Source of the DNA: Phoronis australis
Lineage: Eukaryota > Animalia > Phoronida
Length of the DNA stretch: 64,000 bases
Direction of reading: 5' to 3'
Assembly: GCA_002633005.1 (NCBI GenBank)
Contig: NMRA01000065.1
Coordinates: 242,011-306,010, forward strand
Below the pieces are notes generated by a model, which was not told the DNA's origin, searched no databases, and worked only from the letters and a program-made list of their open reading frames with translations. Shown here in pieces: positions 1 through 12,425 of the stretch (positions are counted from its first letter, which is position 1; each line of letters starts with the position of its first letter). A program made the translations under genes and the position numbers.

Positions 1-254
1 AGGATAAAGGGAAAGAATGAAAATTGGTTTGAGGGAGGGAGGGAAAGAGAAATTGAGTGAAAAATGAAAGTTGGAGAGAATTGTGGACGATGGCCCAGTG
101 TTGCAACAAGACAAAGAGATCACGTGGTACAATTAAACCAATAATCGTAAAACAAAGAGGGTCACTGACCAGAGAATCCAAACAATATGATAATGAGGAG
201 GAGGCAGTATAGCTTACATAAAATAATTTAATACTTAAATAATTTTTATATGCG

Positions 255-1472
255 CTAACTGCGAAGCGATACCGAAGCTAGTTTACAGTGAAACAACACA
301 TGTAGTTGAGATAAAAGGTCATATATATTATGACAAACTAAACTACTACAGATATCAGTAATTACAAAAGTTATATAACATGTTGCACTGTAAAGGTGGG
401 TGACAATCTGCCACAGATGCAGCAGAAGGATGCATCCGCCCACCCAAAACTTGTCCATCGAAAGCCTGGTATTGATCATTTGTTGTAATGTAAAACCTTC
501 ACGAGTTCGAACATTCAGTCTTGTCCTCATTTTTTCTCACCTATCGAACGAGTCGCTTACAGGTACACGGTTTGTTGGTAATGCCGCTTTTTTGTACTGG
601 CTAACACGTCTTTTTCTGAATCTCGTAGAGCAGGACGACTGCGTTTCGCCTTCGGACGTACACTTCATAGACCTACTTCTCCCTGCCATTTGTATAAATT
701 CTGTTGACCTCTGGATCTGTGGCTGCGCATGCGTTGTTGTAATGTTGATAATCTATTTAGCACCACGGATACTAAATTCTTTGTAAACATTTCATTCGTT
801 TGTAGTATTTACAACGATTTTTTAAAAACTTTTTGCACAAGTTGAAAGTTAATAACTTTTTTAACTCCATGCCACATCAAAAAACCGGCTTTAACGGCGT
901 TAAGAGGTTTTTTTCTTCTATAACTCGGATCATAGGCCTTTAAATGAGTTTTCTTACCGTGTCTTTGGCATCATTTAAAGAACATTTCTGAAATTCGGCG
1001 CTGTCTGCTCGGTTTATCCATTTCTCGTAATACCTTGTGGTATATTGTTATAGTGTATTAGGATATTAGGTACGGTCGGAAGCTGAGGACATCTGTAAGT
1101 AGATTTTTGTATGAAGCATGCGCGAACCAGCCTTTAATAGGAGGGGATCGAATTTCCGACGATGTGGACCTTTTACCAACAAAAAAGCCGTAGGACTAAA
1201 AAACAGGGTACTACGTCCAGAGCTGTGAATTGTTGTGCCTTTGCGCCTGATTAGTGGACTTTTGTCTCGCTTTCTCGAACTTTTCTCTGAGGCGGACCTT
1301 TTTGTCCACTTCTCCAAATGGGGGTCTCGTTCGAGCCTCCGCAGCCCCCCCCCGGGTGCGCGCATGTGAAGTGAAGAACTCCTAGTTCTGAACGTCACGC
1401 CTTGTGGTATTATGGTGTATTGAGGATGATCAGAAGTTTAGGATGCCTGTGATTTGCAACACAGGCCGACTA
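255..1472 (-). mobile_element. Probable Academ-like DNA transposon remnant (5' end plus degenerate N-terminal transposase sequence)
   Basis: The end motif ...ggccgacta at 1464-1472 resembles the ...accgactacta end at 7062-7072. The minus-strand frame is interrupted but reads LNVRT...TL and ...ATCYITF, similar in style to the fragments at 4630-6810. The family call is from motif recall only. Confidence 0.35.
1117..1366. mobile_element. MITE with CATGCGCG(A/C)ACC terminal inverted repeats and a 5-bp TSD
   Basis: Starts catgcgcgaacc and ends ggtgcgcgcatg. Flanked by tgaag at 1112-1116 and 1367-1371. The interior is the reverse complement of the copies at 40222 and 46082. Confidence 0.8.
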
Positions 1473-4400
1473 ATTTCTTGATAACCCATAAGTCACCATA
1501 TAAGAAACATAAAGCTTGGACACTAAAACTTTGCCAAGCCTAGGTTCCCAGTTTCAACTGTTCTAAATCCAAGTACATGTAAAATCTGTGTGCACCTCCC
1601 TCAGACTGGTATTACATAAACGGGGATATTTCTGACCACATTTGAACTTGTGCTCTTTGGGTGCCGCTGATGATAAAAAGTGTCTTTTTGCAAAAAAGTT
1701 GTGTGTAGCGGACTTGGTGTTCATGTAATTAAGTGGTGACATCTAAAGCAGAAACCTCAAGGGCATTGAAACTTAGAACACAGTCATGTTCATGTAAAGT
1801 TATAAACAAGAAATGGTAATTTACGATCAAATATTGAAAAATGTTAACGGCCTGTTCACTCATTTTTAATGAAATCTGCAACCTATATATTACCCGTAAT
1901 TTGTACGGATACAAGTTGACTAATAGAATCTTGCATTTTTGGAAGACTTTGTTTTAAAAGATGCGCCTGGGAGGTGACACTACTGCAGTGTACTTGTGTC
2001 CTTTTGTATGCACTATTAGCACAAATGTGCATCCAAGAATGTCCCTGCAAAAACAGAAGCCTTCTTTCCTTAATCCAATTGAATTGTCCAAGTTGTGAAT
2101 GATGAATTGGTTACAGAATTTCCAAAGCAAATACAAAAGAAACTCTGATTTCAAGGAGGCTAAATAGTTAACATGGTGGATTTCACTTGTGCTTTAACTT
2201 GTGCGCCTGTCGAAAATAAAATATTGAGTTTTTGCAAGCAACTCCTGTGTCAAATTCAAGAAATTAGTCTGCAATTTAGACTTACATGTACGTGTAATTT
2301 GCTTCAAATTAAAGCTCATTTTATCATTTGCTTGTAAGAATTTAAATGCAAGAACCTATTTCGTGTTTGATCTTGACTTTATGGACTACTCTTGCTTGAA
2401 ACGCAACGAACACTTGGCTTTGGTGGAAATTTCTGATGTCAGACCATACATTTAGTTGCAGGAAATTAGCTATCCGCAACAGCCGGTTTTCGCAGCAATC
2501 CTAAGTTCAATAGTTATTCTTCAGTTTTAAACAAGGTTATTTTACAAACCCAGAGTTTAAATATATTCACACCGAAACTAAATCTTGCAAATGACACTCA
2601 ACTAGCTTTCGTCGGCGGGCTAAAACAGAGCTTCGGAATTGCTTCGATACTGTCTATGAAAAATCCGGATGTGTACGAAGGAGGTCTGAACTTTCGAAAT
2701 AGTGACGTAACATTGGAAATCTTTTCCATCACGTTTGTTGCTCGTATGAAGTCTGCGAGGTTTTGCATCATTGGCACTGATTGACGATGAAAGACTTTTT
2801 CATTGATCGAAGTTTTTATTAGGTACAGACCTACTTTTCCCTAATAATATGAACATGCACGTCAGGGTTTTCCCAGTGCGAGAAAACACTGTACACAGTT
2901 AAATGTTTAGTTTTTGAGCAACGACGAAGGACTTACCGTCGGCGTACACTGTGTTTAAAAGACTGGAAATGCACACGCGTGTACAGTAAACGCATGCATG
3001 TCAATCCACCAATTCATTGACGATAACTTTCATTTCCAAAATTTAAAATGCCTGCACTTTACCGTACTGTGCTAGCAAGTCCATCTTAAAGCATTTCTCA
3101 CCGCACTACTTTTTGGGAGCATTTTCGCTGCTATGTAGATTAACTAGGTATAGACATTTACTTCTAGACTCCCTTGTTACGCTATGTTGTAGCCACCACT
3201 CGGTTCAGTGCCGATGAATAACATAAAGCTTCCTCTAATCGTCTGCGCCATCCTGTCATCTACGCAAACACCACTGATTCAGGCGAAGTTGGCCAGGTAC
3301 GGCCTGCTGATTACGTGAAGCGCTTTAAATCAGAAGCTAATTCAAAACACTAACTTAGTTATCATTGTAGTGAGTTGTACCAGTATATAGCTAGGGCAGT
3401 TTTGTTGTTGTTGTCCATCTGTATCCTTATCTTTAGCGGATAGGCTGGGGCTGGACCTTTTCTGCGGGGGGCTCGATCGAACCCCGAACCCCGCCCCCCC
3501 CCCCGGCTACGCGGGCCTGCAATGGCAAAAACAACGCATTATAACTTCACTTACAATATCAGAATGTGAATGCTGTGGGGTTGCTTGAACAAAGAATCTT
3601 TCAGGTTTTTTGTGAAGCTTTTACCTGTTGGATCTCGGCTTCGCTGACTAGTAAGCTGATGTTGGGTTTATTAGCGACAACAATAACTTGCGAACGCAAG
3701 TGAAATAATTTAAAGATTAGTAATTTCTTTCAATCAAGACTATTGCAACTAACCAATATGAATATACTAGTAAATACTGATCCTTTAGTGGACGTCGTCA
3801 AAACGTGGCCCACTTGAAAAGTCTTGGTTGTACTTTTACTGAAAACATCTGCATTGCTCCAATAATCCAGTATTGATCACAGCCTATAGGCGGTGGGCCA
3901 GAATTTGTGACAATGGTTCTTGTGAGTATTTTAGGGGGGCAATTTTATTTTGGTGTTTTTTAAATTCATTTATTCGAGTGTTTTCAAAATCTAAAAAGTT
4001 CCCACGTATAAAGCTGCACATTTTTGAGTTTGAAGTTATATAATAATCACCAAAGAGCTTAGTGAACTTATATTTGTAAAAACAACAGTTTTGATATCTT
4101 TTTTGTAAAAGAAGTAATATAGTCACATCAGTGTCATTGTATTGAACAAAAATATACTCACATTACATGTTTTACTATCGTATACTAATTGTAAACAGTG
4201 AAATTTAAAAAAAATGTAAAGTGACACCTAGTGGCAGAAATACGAACTAAGTATGAATGTTTCTAGGAGGTTATTCTGGCATTGTGTGGCAACAAAAATA
4301 ACACACAACACTTGTAAAATTTGTGCCTCAATGACTGAACCATTGCCTAATATGGTAAAATGTAGCTTCTTTGCATAATACACCAGAAATATGTTATACA

Positions 4401-4629
4401 AAAACAATTTAGTTGAATGATCTCTGTTATTGAAACACAGAATATAAAAATAATTGGTTATTCTGACCGTGTTTAGCAAACAGTATGAAACAAATACATG
4501 ACAATGATCAAAGTATGTACTTTCTATGAATAAATCAACAAATAAAATTCACAGCTCACACTTTTTAAATACAAAAATAAAACGAAATAACGGGATTGGA
4601 GAAGTTGGCGGTTTATTTAGGGTTGACTT

Positions 4630-7072
4630 GTTGAACAACTATCCAACGTTGTGCAGTCAGTGTTGCTGATGTTACTACAGTTGTCACAACTTCACATTTC
4701 TGTACAGTTTGCCTCGGCATTGCAGCACAAACTCAGTTTCCCTGCACACACGTTCCTTTTGCACTTTTAGCATACATCGCTTAGTACTGTCAATGGAGCT
4801 GTGTGCATTGCCATCCATTTTAACAGAAAAGTTCCACCGCCAAGGAGCTAAATATGGCTGACTAGAGAGGGCAAAGTACTGCACATTGGCGATCGGCTCG
4901 CGTGCAGTGAAGGTTCAAACACCGAGTCCTTGTTTGGAGACATAGGATTTAGGCAAATGTTCGATTCAAAACATGTTATAAAGGGCTGTGTAAATTAGTG
5001 TATCAGCAAGTGAATTGTTGAACAGTAGTCTCCATTCACAAACTACAACAGTGAGTACATGTAGCTTCAACAGTTGTTTCTTAAGATTGCCTGTCCAAAT
5101 ATCTCCATTCACACTAGCTTTCTGAAGAACATCTTCAAAATCTTGCTTTAGTTTTGAAAGGTAAAAGACATCTCCATGTGTTAGAAGCTTTGATTCAATG
5201 AACTCCAAACAAAAATGTAGAAAAACACCTCTGAAAACTGTGGCTTCTCCACTCATCACAATTTTGACTTTCTACTTTTATAGCATGATGATCTGTGGTA
5301 CTTGGCTTCTTTGAATTTCATTTGCATTTTCAGGTCTCCGGACTGAGTTGTCGCTTGCAATACAAGTCTAACTGAAAAAAAAACGCGAACTGTTAACACT
5401 AATTTAACATTTAATTACGAGTGAGTTAGCTTGCACTTGTTCAGACGCACTGATCAGGAATTGATCCACCACCAGCCTGACAAATTTACATACCGTCTGA
5501 TCTGTCATCTAAAAATGTTGACCGTCCAACAATTAGATTAGTTCTTGCAACTGAAAATAAGTCAGCTGATATACTAGTGCAGTGATTGGAATTTATTTTT
5601 TAATCAGATGCTCATACTATAGTAAATCGATTTACACTTAACGTAATCAACATTTGACAAACTGGACAGGGGTATCCCCTGTCGTCAAATTACGATGGGG
5701 ACGCTGGCCACTTGTAGGCACTTGAATTTCATTACTATTACAGCCACCTAAGTAACTAAAGTTTACGAAAAATTGAGAAGAGGTTCCCCCTGTCCCAGGA
5801 TTAAGGTGGGGGATGTCGGCCACTTGGGCATGTTGAATGCAACCATCTAGTCCATTTAACCTTCTCAAAAATGTTTGACTTAAAGTGCTTAAAACTACAC
5901 CCACAGTTTAATGCCTTATAATTATCCCCTGGCGCAAGCAGTGTCGATTTGGACAGCTGAATGACAGAGTGTTCGAAAAACAGGATTGCAGGAGTATTTG
6001 TTTAAGCTGAGTACAAATAAAAACATTAACGCCTCCTAAGGCATCCCTCTATGCAGAAAACGTACTTCTAACTTCTTATAGCAACATCACTGGTGGTTTA
6101 ATCAGTGTGATACATAATTTGCCGAAAAGCATCCAGCATATGGAGGACCTATGGTATGATCACCATCTCTACTGGGCCAGCGGTATTGTCTAAAGCCTGG
6201 GCAGCCAAGCGGATGAACAAGAACAAGTTAAAAAAACAACTGATGATAATACTGAACACACTTGGAAAACACAGAGATTTACCTTTCAAAAACACATACC
6301 TGTTTTTCAAAGCAATAAAGTTGGTAATACTTCTTTCTCTTTCTTGAAACGTGGTTGATAATGTACTTTCCTGCTCACAAATGATGCACTCATGTGTCAG
6401 AATGTTCCAATCTTGTGCAGGTTAATTTGGTGTTTCAGATTTTGGAAGTATAATTGATTTTCTTGGGAAATTTTGGATAACATCTGTGTCACTTTCAGCA
6501 ACTTCCGCTTTAGTACTAATGATGGTGTCTTGAAACGTTGCTATTCGTTTCTATGTCCTTCCAATTTTTGGTCAAACACTAAGCCTTCTACAGCAGTCTA
6601 GCTGGACATGTCCTATTGGGCAATGCAGCTGTTTTCTGCACACATGTGTGTGACACCTCTTCTTTTCCATCTATAATGATCCACAGAGTTGCGCTGTCCA
6701 TCACATTTCGTCAGGATGCTTCTCTGAGCTTCTTCAACTTCTGGTTATCACAATTTAGTGCTGTTTGATAAATCTTGAATTATACAGGCATAGCACTCCA
6801 TGGGAGCTGCCATATGAAGTTACTAAGCATAACAATACAATCTGTCTCTCTGGTTGGTCAATTTAATAGTAAAGTGCCACCAAGTGGCAGAAATGTGCAC
6901 AATATTTATTGCAACAAAAACACCTTTTAAAAATGTGCAAGTGTAGACGTGAAAACCTTTTGGATGGAATTTGATTTATAGGTGTATCATATACCCACAT
7001 AGAAAGAACTAGGTTGCCCACCTAAAGTACTCACAAAGATGAACGCTATGAGATCTGGCTTACCGACTACTA
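4630..7072 (-). mobile_element. Degenerate, internally deleted Academ-like DNA transposon (transposase pseudogene)
   Basis: Minus-strand fragments in order: GDLKMQMKFKEAKYHRSSCY (~5340-5280), FIESKLL..GDVFYLSKLKQDFEDVL..GNLKKQLL (ORF 4966-5259), and a C-terminal KWMAMHTAPLTVLSDVC*KCKRNVC...CCNAEANCTEM*SCDNCSN Cys cluster (~4820-4670). The terminus reads TAGTAGTCGG on the minus strand at 7072. Stops and frameshifts throughout. Confidence 0.55.
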
Positions 7073-7535
7073 AGCCATAGTGTTCTTAAGAAAACATGTG
7101 TGTGACAATCCAAGATAGGTTGGGAATGGCATAACTGCAATCGTTTGACAACAGGCAAATGCACAACTGTCAAAAGATCTTAATTGGTTTCAACCGCATT
7201 TACCCTCAAGTCCACTTACTTTTACATGGGAACGCTTGTAAATTGGATTCTTTGTTTGCTCAAATTAATCCAAGACAGTGGATGAAACCGAGGACTAAAC
7301 AACTAAAACATTAAAATACTGTCAAAGACACCAAGGATTTTACTAAAGGAATACTGCACTGCCGAAGTGTTTTATTGCGTACTGCTAGGCAGCAAATTAT
7401 ATCTACCATAACATTTTGAAAACTGAGGTTAGCACAAGTGACGCCTCGAACTTACCTGTCAAACAAGATTTTTACTAACTGAGAATTTTTAACAGCCATC
7501 TCGGATCGCAGATAATTCCAGCACTAAAAAGTGAT

Positions 7536-10500
7536 CTTGAATTACAATTTTACGGCGGTAATAGTCAACTCGAGAACGCTTAGTAGGCCTTTTCAACGCG
7601 GAAGTTCGACCTATCTCCTGCGGAACGCCTTCCATTGCCTAGTTGGTGTGCGTGAACTTGAATTTTGCATTGTGCGTGAATTTTTTTATATTTTTCTCGG
7701 TTATTCCAAGTTCATGTAGGTCCATATACAATCTTGAGATTAAGCGAAATTCCAAGTTCATATTCGACCTCTTCAAGACACTCAAATTTCGATTGACACT
7801 TAGGCATCCTTCTTTCCTTGGTGCACCACGCCAAAAATAAAAATTAAGCAAAACAATCTGTATTAAATTCAGTTTATTTTGAAAAAAATCGATGTCATGT
7901 CAAAAAAGTATTATTTGAATTTAGGTTTCGGATAAAAGTTCTTGCGTAAAGATCCATTTCATGAAGCTTTTAACAAAAATAAAGCGGAAAGGGTATCTTT
8001 AAAGGAGGCTGACTCAGACTTGCGCAATACAAAAACTGCTCAACCATGCAGCTAAAAGACGTCGCGGCGTGTGTCGCCGATGCAAATTTAGAGCGAGCGT
8101 AAACTATTTTTAATGTTACCGACGTCACAGACACTGGCAGACATCCCAATCTTGTTCCATATGACATCAATTTCTCCTGTAATCAGTTCTATGAGGAAAC
8201 TTTTTCCTCAGGAGAAAAGTTTTCTGACCTTTTTCTACTCATTTTGCTGATGACAGAGCCACCAGGAAATGTACGTCTGCACTGATTCTAACTACAACTG
8301 CGTGCAGCCACTGGTACCCACATAATCGCAGTTCCATTGAAGCATTTCAATCATTTCGTGGTTGGGTTAATCCAGCTGGACACAGTAGGGTGCTTGGACA
8401 CTTTAAACTTTGATTTTAATTAACTGCTCCGTGGCTAGTAAAACCAGGCTTTCAGACTTTTAAACCACGTTGATGAAATGCAAGTTAAGTCTAAAATTAG
8501 ACCATTTTTAGGAATACAGGTTTAACTCTGAAACCTGGTGTTGTTAAACCACCTTCATGACGTCGACTGTTAGGATTTTCTTCGCGAATTTATGAATAGG
8601 TATTGAGTTTTGTTGCATAAAATTAGCCTTCCGGTGTTTCAATGTCATTGCAACATTTTTTCGGTCTTGTGGTTGCGGTGCTTGAAATGAATTCGCCGTT
8701 TATGGTTGAACGCATGTAAAAACAAATATCCATATTGCCAACAGAGCTCTATCTCTACAGTATGGCTCTTCATGAATGTATGAATGTGTAACCTCGAAGT
8801 CAAGCCCGATTTGACACCTGTCAATTTTTCTATTGTCATGAAATCTGTGAAATTCATGATACATATATAATTCTTAGCACGTTAGTTTGATAGGGTTATT
8901 ACTTATTGATATTATTTCTTTGCTAGCCAATTGTTTGTGTTTATAGAAACTTGTTTTGGCTGTTAGCTGAGTCAGCGACCAACCCATTCGGTGCATCCAC
9001 ACATGTTTTGATGATCTCTGTAGTAAACACGATTGGGCAATGGTCATTCACAGAATCATAGCCCAAAGACAGCTGACCATTACCATACGTGTATATGGCA
9101 AACACAACAGAATAGTTCAGATGATTGTTGTGAAAGTTCTTATAGTTGCTTCCTATTTTTTCCTGTAGGATATTGAATCATAAAGTTTGGTGCATGCAAC
9201 CCACATATTTGTAACTTGTATATAAATCCGTTCACTTGTCTAATAAAGACAGTCCTCATCTTACTACTGCCAGTTGCTTTACTAGTGTAATTGAGTGTTC
9301 CACACTTAGTCACTGANCTTGATTTACAATTTTACGGCGGTAATAGTCAACTCGAGAACGAATAGTATGCCTTTTCAACGCGGAAGTTCGACCTATCTTC
9401 TGCGGAACGCCTTCCATTGCCTACTTGGTGTGCGTGAACTTGAATTTTGCATTGTGCGTGAATTTTTTATATTTTTCTCGGGTATTCCAAGTTTATGTAG
9501 GTCCATATACAATCTTGAGATTAAGCGAAATTCCGAGTTCATATTCGACCTCTTCAAGACACTCAAATTTCGATTGACACTTAGGCATCCTTCTTTTCTT
9601 GGTGCACCACGCCAAAAATAAAAATTAAGCAAAACAATCTGTATTACATTCAGTTTATTTTGAAAAAAATCGATGTCATGTCAAAAAAGTATTATTTGAA
9701 TTTAGGTTTCGGATAAAAGTTCTTGCGTGAAGATCCATTTCATGAAGCTTTTAACAAAAATAAAGCGGAAAGGGTATCTTTAAAGGAGGCTGACTCAGAC
9801 TTGCGCAATACAAAAACTGCTCAACCATGCAGCTAAAAGACGTCGCGTCGTGTGTCGCCGATGCAAATTTAGAGCGAGTGTAAACTATTTTTAATGTTAC
9901 CGACGACACAGACACTGGCAGACATCACAATCTTGTTCCATATGACATCAATTTCTCCTGTAATCAGTTCTATGAGGAAACTTTTTCCTCAGGAGAAAAG
10001 TTTTCCGACCTTTTTCTACTCATTTTGCTGATGACAGAGCCACCAGGAAATGTACGTCTGCACTGATTCTACCTACAACTGCGTGCAGCCACTGGTACCC
10101 ACATAATCACAGTTCCATTGAAGCATTTCAATCATTTCGTGGTTGGGTTAATCCAACTGGACACAGTAGGGTGCTTGGACACTTTAAACTTGTTTTTAAT
10201 TAACTAGCTGCTCCGTGGCGATTAAAACCAGGCTTTTAGACTTTTAAACCACGTTGATGAAATGCAAGTTAAGTCTAAAATTAGACCATTTTTAGGAATA
10301 CAGGTTTAACTCTGAAACCTGGTGTTGTTAAACCACCTTCATGACGTCGACTGTTAGCCTAAAAGGATTTTCTTCGCGAATTTATGAATAGGTATTGAGT
10401 TTTGTTGCATAAAATTAGCCTTCCGGTGTTTCAATGTCATTGCAACATTTTTTCGGTCTTGTGGTTGCGGTGCTTGAAATGAATTCGCCGTTTATGGTTG

Positions 10501-11108
10501 AACGCATGTAAAAACAAATATCCATATTGCCAACAGAGCTCTATCTCTACAGTATGGCTCTTCATGAATGTATGAATGTGTAACCTCAAAGTCAAGCCCG
10601 ATTTGACACCTGTCAATTTTTCTATTGTCATGAAATCTGTGAAATTCATGATACATATATAATTCTTAGCACGTTAGTTTGATAGGGTTATTACTTATTG
10701 ATATTATTTCTTTGCTAGCCAATTGTTTGTGTTTATAGAAACTTGTTTTGGCTGTTAGCTGAGTCAGCGACCAACCCATTCGGTGCATCCACACATGTTT
10801 TGATGATCTCTGTAGTAAACACGATTGGGCAATGGTCATTCACAGAATCATAGCCCAAAGACAGCTGACCATTACCATACGTGTATATGGCAAACACAAC
10901 AGAATAGTTCAGATGATTGTTGTGAAAGTTCTTATAGTTGCTTCCTATTTTTTCCTGTAGGATATTGAATCATAAAGTTTGGTGCATGCAACCCACATAT
11001 TTGTAACTTGTATATAAATCCGTTCACTTGTCTAATAAAGACAGTCCTCATCTTACTACTGCCAGTTGCTTTACTAGTGTAATTGAGTGTTCCACACTTA
11101 GTCACTGA
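7536..11108. repeat. Tandem duplication of a ~1.79-kb unit (7536-9316 and 9318-11108) joined by a single N
   Basis: Both copies start cttga(a/t)ttacaattttacggcgg and end cacacttagtcactga. They differ by scattered SNPs and small indels. The N at 9317 lies exactly at the junction. Confidence 0.95.
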
Positions 11109-12360
11109 ATACAACCATCTCACTGACGGACCGAGACAGTCCACAACACAACACAACGCCGCTACTAAGTCTAGTTATTCTACTATTCTACTACATCTAT
11201 GTTCCTTATCGGTACTGATCTTGACACCGCCCCCTCTTGGAATGTTAACAGCTTTAGTATTATCGATCTTGAAGACAATTTTGCCAAAATTTTCTGTTGA
11301 GATTGTTAAAAAATCAAAAATTAACTTGAATCTTTTTTACAAATGTGGCTTCTGCTCACATCTAACTAAAATACTTAGTAATAGTCAATTTCCAAAGATT
11401 ATGGTATTTCATATTCTGTATAAAAACACACGCATTGCTGAGTCTGATAGTCAAATAAATTACACCAAAGTGTGCACGTTATGTGCATGCGACCTAGCCG
11501 TGACACCTGACGGAAAAATACTAACTAAAGACGATAATTTTGTTTCGGAAATAGGGAACTTAATTTCCTTTTTTAAATTTGTTGTCGGGAATTCACAGAC
11601 TATTGGGTTACCAAAATGTAGACTTGTCATTATGAAAATCGCGAAATATGAAGCAGCTGTATGTTATTTCACGTTACAGCGACGCTAAGTTTACTTTAAC
11701 GTGCTTCGAGTTTAGACATTTGCAACAGTTGCGTAATAGAAAGGAAGGACACTTTACGGTCATCTTTACGGCGAGCCGTAACTTATGTTAGCTTCAAAAT
11801 GTCACCCCCGGACTGACAATCTAAAGGTATTTACTTTAATCCCAGCTTGACCTGAGAAAAAATGCTCATCATTGACGACCATCAGAGTACCATTCTTCTA
11901 AGAACGCAGCGACACCTGAAGATGGACGGAGAAATGGCCGACGGAAACGTGCCAAGTAATAGGCTGATGGTTGGTACAAACAGACCAATAAATTTTCCAA
12001 ATGATGTGTTTAACACAAATTTTTATGACAGCATAATGAATTTTCATGACATGTCATGTTCCCGTTTTAATGGTTTTGTCTGGAGTTTTAATTAACCCAA
12101 AAGTGTACTCATACAAAACGCCGCCATCATAATGAAGTCTACAAAACCAATGTTGGCTTGTGAATAAATCAACAGAACAGACTTCGTTTCCGACTTTACT
12201 GGACTTTCTCCTGTTGATTAGCATATAAAGGTTTTGTTGTTTATATTACCAAAGATTTGTCGTATGTTGGAGACAACACTTTTAATTAACGTTACTTATG
12301 CATACGGTCAGGAAGATTTTTTCAATGTTCTGATAATACCGTTTCTACTTTGTTTTCTAG

Positions 12361-12425
12361 ATGGCCACACAGAAAGGTGCGTTCTTCCTCTCTTTCTTGG
12401 TAGTCACAGCTGTGGTAGCTGCAAT
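12361..12425 (+). CDS. Peptide precursor coding exon 1 (signal peptide MATQKGAFFLSFLVVTAVVAA)
   Basis: Acceptor tgttttctag lies immediately before the ATG. Consensus donor gtaagt at 12426. Confidence 0.7.

Noticed and set aside
11083-11688. 201-aa ORF on the + strand
   Set aside because: TTG start, no recognisable motif, no supporting splice structure, and it begins inside the duplicated segment.
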